DNA of 32,000 nt, from contig CAYHAA010000008.1 of the NCBI GenBank assembly GCA_964354495.1, positions 50,954 to 82,953 on the forward strand. Direction: 5' to 3'. The position numbers and the translations under genes were made by a program. Numbering within the stretch: position 1 is the first letter of the stretch; the number at the start of each line of letters is the position of its first letter. Below are positions 26,818 through 32,000 of this stretch, piece by piece. This DNA comes from an uncultured archaeon (lineage in GTDB: Archaea; Asgardarchaeota; Thorarchaeia; Thorarchaeales; Thorarchaeaceae). The notes beneath the pieces were generated by a model. It saw only the letters and a program-made list of their open reading frames with translations, was not told the origin of the DNA and did not search any database.

Positions 26818-27092
26818 TATCTAGAATCCGTGGAAATGGCTGATATGGTCTTTGATACCAGCCCTGGTCGGGTTCAGCACGATTCAAGTCATAATCCTCC
26901 GGAAATGCTGTTGTGCGTTATGGTGTTTGTCGTAGCACGATCTCCAACTTGCTTCATGACAGGTGACCTGACTATGCCCGCTGAAACAATGACTCGCCGA
27001 TTTGCAGTGCCATGCAAATGCGCACCTTGTAAGGTTTAATAGACTTTGAAGGAATAGATATGGCTTGGACTAAACCAGTCGATTGAATTCCT

Positions 27093-28850
27093 GTGAGGGG
27101 GTTCTACAGGAGAATGCGCTGCAGGCCTATCGTGACGTTGCTGGGGGTTGCTCTGCTAGTATCTCTGATACCTGCATGCGGCTCTGTCCCGCCAGAGGAT
27201 GAGCTTAGTCTTCCACTACTCTGGACGCATGACCTCAACTCGACATGCCTTGGCGGACCTGCTGCTGGTGATATCGATAGTGATGGCATGCTTGAGGTCG
27301 TATTCGGCACACATCTTGGCGATGGGAATCTGTACGCCCTGAATGGAGAAGACGGGAGTCTGCTATGGAAGTTCTATGCAGGCGGCTGCCCTGTCGACTC
27401 GTCAGTCAGATTGTATGATGTTGACAACGATAGTCAGCTGGAAGTCATTTTCACTGCACTCAGTTCATATGTCGAAGGTGCCGGACTGTTGTATGCCCTG
27501 AGGGGAGAAGATGGGTCTGTACTGTGGAACTGTACTCTGGCCGCACCTTCACTGGGAGGAGCTGCCATTGAAGACCTTGATAATGACAATAGACCTGAGG
27601 TCATCATTGGCACAGTACAGAATGCAACCGGTGGGTATGTCCACATAATCAACGCGGAGGACGGCAGTCTAAGTAGTACTGTTGGTCCATTTCTTGGTGA
27701 TATCTGCTCTAACCCTGCAGTCTTGGACTTGAATTGTGACAGCTTCCTTGACTTCGTTGTTGCTACACAGGAGGGGAACAATTCCGTCTATGCTATTGAT
27801 GGACCATCTCTAACCATCATGTGGAGATATCACGGAGAGTCGAGTTTCAGAGGGGGCTGTGCCTATGCCGATCTCGACGGCGATGCCATCCAAGAACTGG
27901 TCATAGGTTCCACAGATGGCCATATCCATGCAATCAATGCTGAGGACGGCAGCAGTCTATGGACATATGCTGGGAAATCCTCCTACTATGCTACCTGTAT
28001 TGCTGATATGGGCCGGGTCTTTGGCTCTGAGATTGTGGCAATTGGAGAAAGAGAGGTTCTAGTACTGAATAGCGATGGCGAGCCTAGCTGGGGATATTCT
28101 CATGGTGCGACCAGTATCTCGTACCCCTTGACCACGCCTTCTATCTCTGACCTCAACGGTAATGGTGTCGCAGATGTTTGCTTCGCAGACTCTCAAGGTG
28201 TAATTGAAGTCAGAGATGGCAATAGCGGAATCATTCTACAGTTCAACGTGAGTGATAGCAATCCTCTGGGCACTATGGGTGTCTATCACAGCCCCATTAT
28301 CGCAGACCTCGATGGAGATGGCTTCCTTGACATATTCATTGTGGGTGGAGAGGGGAACTCATCAAATCCCATTGAGAACTATGGTCAAGCCTATGTGTTC
28401 AAAGGGTCTGGCGGTTCTGGTGTGGGCTGGCTAATGGATAGACACGATAGCCGCAATAGCGCCTGTTTCAATGGTTACTCACACGTCGTTCGTATCACGG
28501 GTCACGTCGAGGACTATGAAAATCATAGCTCAATTGCAGGTGCGCGAATTGGTACGCTGGGCGGCAAAGTATCTGCTACAACCAATTCGGGTGGCAATTT
28601 CTCGCTCAACCTCTACCCCAGTTTCACAACCCTTGTTGTCGAGGCCGATGGGTATGAATCTGTACTCCGGAGTGTGACGATCTTGGATACAGAGGGGCAG
28701 TCGTTTCTCTTTCGACTCAGGGTGCCAACAACTGAATCGGCCACCGTTATCTTTCCGATAATCGATCCGGCTATCCAGGCTGTGCTAGCTATTGCTGTAG
28801 CCGGAATTGTCATTGTGATGGTTGCAGCGCGCAGACTTCCTCGTCGCTGA
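27093..28850 (+). CDS. Secreted, C-terminally anchored FG-GAP/PQQ-like beta-propeller protein with carboxypeptidase-regulatory-like (Ig) domain
   Basis: Signal peptide, eight D.D.D-type repeats, G..YA.NG.DGSLLW repeats, ITGHV.D..IAGA..T...G.F domain, C-terminal TM followed by RRLPRR. Confidence 0.88.
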   Translation: MRGFYRRMRCRPIVTLLGVALLVSLIPACGSVPPEDELSLPLLWTHDLNSTCLGGPAAGDIDSDGMLEVVFGTHLGDGNLYALNGEDGSLLWKFYAGGCPVDSSVRLYDVDNDSQLEVIFTALSSYVEGAGLLYALRGEDGSVLWNCTLAAPSLGGAAIEDLDNDNRPEVIIGTVQNATGGYVHIINAEDGSLSSTVGPFLGDICSNPAVLDLNCDSFLDFVVATQEGNNSVYAIDGPSLTIMWRYHGESSFRGGCAYADLDGDAIQELVIGSTDGHIHAINAEDGSSLWTYAGKSSYYATCIADMGRVFGSEIVAIGEREVLVLNSDGEPSWGYSHGATSISYPLTTPSISDLNGNGVADVCFADSQGVIEVRDGNSGIILQFNVSDSNPLGTMGVYHSPIIADLDGDGFLDIFIVGGEGNSSNPIENYGQAYVFKGSGGSGVGWLMDRHDSRNSACFNGYSHVVRITGHVEDYENHSSIAGARIGTLGGKVSATTNSGGNFSLNLYPSFTTLVVEADGYESVLRSVTILDTEGQSFLFRLRVPTTESATVIFPIIDPAIQAVLAIAVAGIVIVMVAARRLPRR

Positions 28851-28886
28851 GTCTCAAAGGAGAAGCCATCGTTTCGAGGGCCCGTT

Positions 28887-29432
28887 TCAGGTGTCTATAT
28901 CAATATCCTCCTTTTTGACCGATTTACTATACTCGACGATTTTTCCGCAATTCTGACACTCTACTCGACCATCTCTAGTTATTCTCATGGCCCTTAGACG
29001 GTACTGTGCTGAGCACTTCGGACAGACAAAGATCTCATCGCCCCTCAGATTGCTGAATACACTTAGGTCAATATCTATGAAGTCCTCAAGTATATCTCGA
29101 AGACGCCTGCCGGACCAGAGTGCCTCCGTGACTCCGCCGACTACATTCAGATCATAGGCATATATGATGAATTTGGCTGTTTCAAGGTCTCTCAGGTATT
29201 CTGTGAGGAGAGTAATCACAATCGAGCCGGAGGACTGAGTAAAAGTTTGGACTACAAAGAGGAGATTATCCTTATTCCCAAATTTGTCAAAGAGCAAATT
29301 CAGAGATGGTTCAAAAGATCCCTTTCTGGCATTCCATAGGTTTGGAAGTGTGCCCAAAATACCCAGAAGATTCTCCTCTTTCATCCCGGAGATTTCGATT
29401 GTTTCCATGGACGGATTACCCTCATGCTGCAT
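28887..29432 (-). CDS. Hypothetical protein with C-terminal Zn ribbon
   Basis: CPKC-x16-CQNC. Clean ORF with no competing ORF. Confidence 0.75.
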   Translation of the reverse strand: MQHEGNPSMETIEISGMKEENLLGILGTLPNLWNARKGSFEPSLNLLFDKFGNKDNLLFVVQTFTQSSGSIVITLLTEYLRDLETAKFIIYAYDLNVVGGVTEALWSGRRLRDILEDFIDIDLSVFSNLRGDEIFVCPKCSAQYRLRAMRITRDGRVECQNCGKIVEYSKSVKKEDIDIDT

Positions 29433-29627
29433 TCACCCGAATGCATTTCTGTTTAGCTCATCGATACGGGAAACATGAAGAGAGAGGCTTCTCATGTTGA
29501 AGAGAGATTCAAGAGGTACGGGATATGCTCACCCCTCTCAAATCCATCTTCAGAAACGGAACAACCAATTGGTGCTGTCTACGCCAAGTTGTCGCATATC
29601 GGCAGCAGTGGTTGAGAATCCGCCGCG

Positions 29628-30572
29628 TTGACTGGTTCAGAAGACCTTTATCCAAGACTAGGCTCTGAAGAAGGACTGCTGCGCACGGCGAAACTGGTAG
29701 TCCATGCCGCTGATGAGGTCTCTAAAATGTCGGAGGAACATGCGATGTCTCTTCATGATATCGAGCAGTTGTCGTGGTACGACCTCAATGCTCATCTTGG
29801 GATTCCCTACTTCCATCAGGGTGGGCTTCGGGCTACGGACCGTCTTGCTGACTTGTGTGGTGTCGGATCTGAGACGAAAGTCCTTGTTGTCGGCTGTGGT
29901 ACAGGATACAGCGCCTGCTACTTGGCGCGGACAAGAGGCTGTCGAGTCGACGGTTTCGATCTGGCTGAGAATATGGTGGCGAAGGCGAAGGCAAGAGCGA
30001 ATGTGGAAGACGTCGCTGACAGGGTGTCCTTTCAGGTGGCGGATGCGCACCGTATGCCATTTGGGGATGCTCAGTACGATATTGTCCTCACGGAGTTTGT
30101 ATCCATGTTTCTTGACCGCGACCGGGCGTTTCGAGAGTGTGTAAGAGTCTTGCGACCGGGGGGCCATCTGGGCATAAACGAGCTATACAAGGAAGACATC
30201 ATCCCCGAATCATCCAAGGCAAAGATAGACGAGGCCGAGGGCTTATACGCCGAAGTAACAGGTCTACCGTTTGCAGCGCTCACTATATCCGCCTGGCGGA
30301 ATGAGCTTCAGAAAGTGGGGCTAATAGACATTTTGTCTGAGAGAGTCGACTATATGGAGAGTCTGCGAGAGCGTGCCCAATCGGTGGGCGGCTGGAGGAA
30401 GCTGTTGAGGATGATTGGTCGCGGCTTTCTCTATACGTTCAGAAGCAAAGAAATCAGGCGGAAGATGCTCATTCAAGCACGATTCAGGCGAATTATCAGA
30501 AGGGACAAGTCTACCAAGCAATATATTGGCGCACTACTATGCGTCGGAAGCAAAAGGGGCGAGGGCAAATAG
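29628..30572 (+). CDS. Class I SAM-dependent methyltransferase (Methyltransf_11 type)
   Basis: HQGG..AT..L, VLVVGCGTG, GFDL, ADAHRMPF.D..YD.V, RVLRPGG. Start uncertain. Confidence 0.92.
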   Translation: MTGSEDLYPRLGSEEGLLRTAKLVVHAADEVSKMSEEHAMSLHDIEQLSWYDLNAHLGIPYFHQGGLRATDRLADLCGVGSETKVLVVGCGTGYSACYLARTRGCRVDGFDLAENMVAKAKARANVEDVADRVSFQVADAHRMPFGDAQYDIVLTEFVSMFLDRDRAFRECVRVLRPGGHLGINELYKEDIIPESSKAKIDEAEGLYAEVTGLPFAALTISAWRNELQKVGLIDILSERVDYMESLRERAQSVGGWRKLLRMIGRGFLYTFRSKEIRRKMLIQARFRRIIRRDKSTKQYIGALLCVGSKRGEGK

Positions 30573-30714
30573 CGCTACGCTGGAATGTCGTACTCACAGA
30601 TTGATAGAGGACCATATGTGCTTGTCATCGTGAAAAGCGCATACGGGCTCGCGGATCTCATGTGTCATGATAATTTAGGATGAGGCCTAGTTGATTGGGA
30701 TTCGCCAGCATTTC

Positions 30715-31263
30715 TCAATATGTGTACAGTACTGGGGAGGGAGGTGTAGTCAATGTCATCTCGATCCCATCGCCCCAGGTGACAAGAACCCTACTGTATA
30801 GTCTTGTGCCCTCATCAATTGTCGGCGAGTAGATTTGCTCTCTAGAGTTCGTGAACTCAAGGACAACGTTCTCACCGGGTCCTATCTCAGGCAAGTCTCC
30901 AACGAGAGTCAAGTTGAGCGTGACTAGGGGCACCATCGAGTCATCAAAATAGATCGTCATTCTGATAGCCCTTAAGTCGCTCACCGTGGCATTTCCCGTA
31001 TTCGTGACATTCACACGAACCACTGTGAAGAAAGGAGGCCCCTCTTCAGGAATCATTGGCATGAAGTCCTGCCAATACACAGCCTCAGCGCAGGCCTCAA
31101 GTCCATGTGAAACAATAGTATCTACACTATCGCCCGGCGGAGATAGGGGAGGTGGAACCTGAAGTGGATTGGTCTGTGACACATTAAGAACTACTCCCAC
31201 TGCACCTACACCGATAGCTGTGACCACGATGGCTATCGTCGCTACAAATCTTCTGTCCAGCAA
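30715..31263 (-). CDS. Membrane-anchored hypothetical protein with Ig/CARDB-like beta domain
   Basis: N-terminal TM helix, Pro-rich linker, V.VNVTNTGN motif, I.PGE. Confidence 0.7.
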   Translation of the reverse strand: MLDRRFVATIAIVVTAIGVGAVGVVLNVSQTNPLQVPPPLSPPGDSVDTIVSHGLEACAEAVYWQDFMPMIPEEGPPFFTVVRVNVTNTGNATVSDLRAIRMTIYFDDSMVPLVTLNLTLVGDLPEIGPGENVVLEFTNSREQIYSPTIDEGTRLYSRVLVTWGDGIEMTLTTPPSPVLYTY

Positions 31264-31541
31264 TTGTATTCCAATAGACTATGACACTTTCAGATATAAC
31301 ACTTGGCCATGGGACAGGGTCGCCAACAGACACAAGAGATTTGGACAGAGTCGAACAGGTGTATATGTAGTGAAGGTCGGAATGAGAGTCTGAAGTCCAC
31401 ACTACACGACCATCAATCTCACGGAGTCGTGCCCAATGCCCTCTCTCGGGCTGATAATACTGGTGTCCAAGATTGTCTGACTAGAAATGAACGGTGAGGG
31501 AGAGAGGAAGAACCTCTTACAATTTGTGCTTTGAATTATCA

Positions 31542-32000
31542 TCAGAATGGTTCAGAGAATCGGGATTTCTCTTCGATCCATTCTGCCATGACCTCGAGTG
31601 CAAGGCCAATATTGCCAATCTGGCAATGGTTCTGAGCCTCTTCTCCCCTCGTAAAGACGCGACTGGACACGGATTTGGCTGAAGTCAAGGCACTCAGTTG
31701 TTCTTCGTGCATCTTCAATGGAATCAAATGGTCTTCCTTTCCGCTGAGAATCAGAACATCTTGCCTGACAAGCTCTGAATGAATGTTCTCCTCGTTCATC
31801 AGGAAATATGTTTCGAGAGCGTCCATGGGCTTGTTCTTCTTCGTGATGTACATCAGCTGCTTTACCATCCAAGACTGGATATTATTGCGCTGGAACTTCC
31901 ACATTGCCATTCTATCCATGAAATCTCTGGAATGAATGAAGAACCATCGATGCAATTTCCGAAAGATGACATTCATGTTCTTCATGTAATCGATGGAATG
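31542..32000 (-). CDS. Alpha/beta hydrolase, C-terminal part (5' end outside window)
   Basis: VLILSG.EDH.IP (acid residue) and HCQ.GN (His). Frame stays open to the window edge. Confidence 0.85.
   Translation of the reverse strand, partial: HSIDYMKNMNVIFRKLHRWFFIHSRDFMDRMAMWKFQRNNIQSWMVKQLMYITKKNKPMDALETYFLMNEENIHSELVRQDVLILSGKEDHLIPLKMHEEQLSALTSAKSVSSRVFTRGEEAQNHCQIGNIGLALEVMAEWIEEKSRFSEPF

Noticed and set aside
1-32000. CRISPR arrays, tRNA/rRNA, IS elements, integrases
   Set aside because: No regularly spaced repeats, cloverleaf/T-loop signatures in intergenic DNA, terminal inverted repeats or transposase/recombinase motifs were seen.

Overview
Prokaryotic window that looks archaeal: GGTGA/GGAGG ribosome-binding sites, TTTAAA/TTATAT TATA-like boxes, and DUF134, COG0731 and pelota-like genes. 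An Asgard (Thorarchaeia-like) or Bathyarchaeia origin is plausible, but that is inference only. (1) About 0.1-12.3 kb is a relatively AT-rich surface-glycan locus. It holds a membrane-anchored NodB-fold protein with its catalytic residues lost, a GT-C-like multipass protein, a DUF354 GT-B, a Cys-rich conserved hypothetical, a radical SAM with a short Twitch/SPASM domain, two tandem FemAB/FemX-like GNATs, an intact deacetylase and a GT2. (2) 12.5-16.7 kb is a co-oriented minus-strand run: MFS, S66 peptidase, ChrB-like domain, MFS. (3) 17.4-22.7 kb is a metallocluster locus: Mrp/NBP35, two ferredoxin-inserted MinD-like ATPases, a DUF134 HTH protein, two NifB/NifX proteins and a COG0731 radical SAM. 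Its two promoter regions carry three copies of the palindrome TGAATC-N2-GATTCA. (4) 22.9-32 kb is a mixed set: AmrS radical SAM, FNR-like reductase, YwbE, a pelota/eRF1-like protein lacking domain 1, a PRTase, an FG-GAP propeller surface protein, a Zn-ribbon protein, a methyltransferase, an anchored Ig-like protein and a truncated alpha/beta hydrolase. I saw no rRNA, tRNA, CRISPR array or transposase. All family calls come from motif recognition by eye, not database searches.
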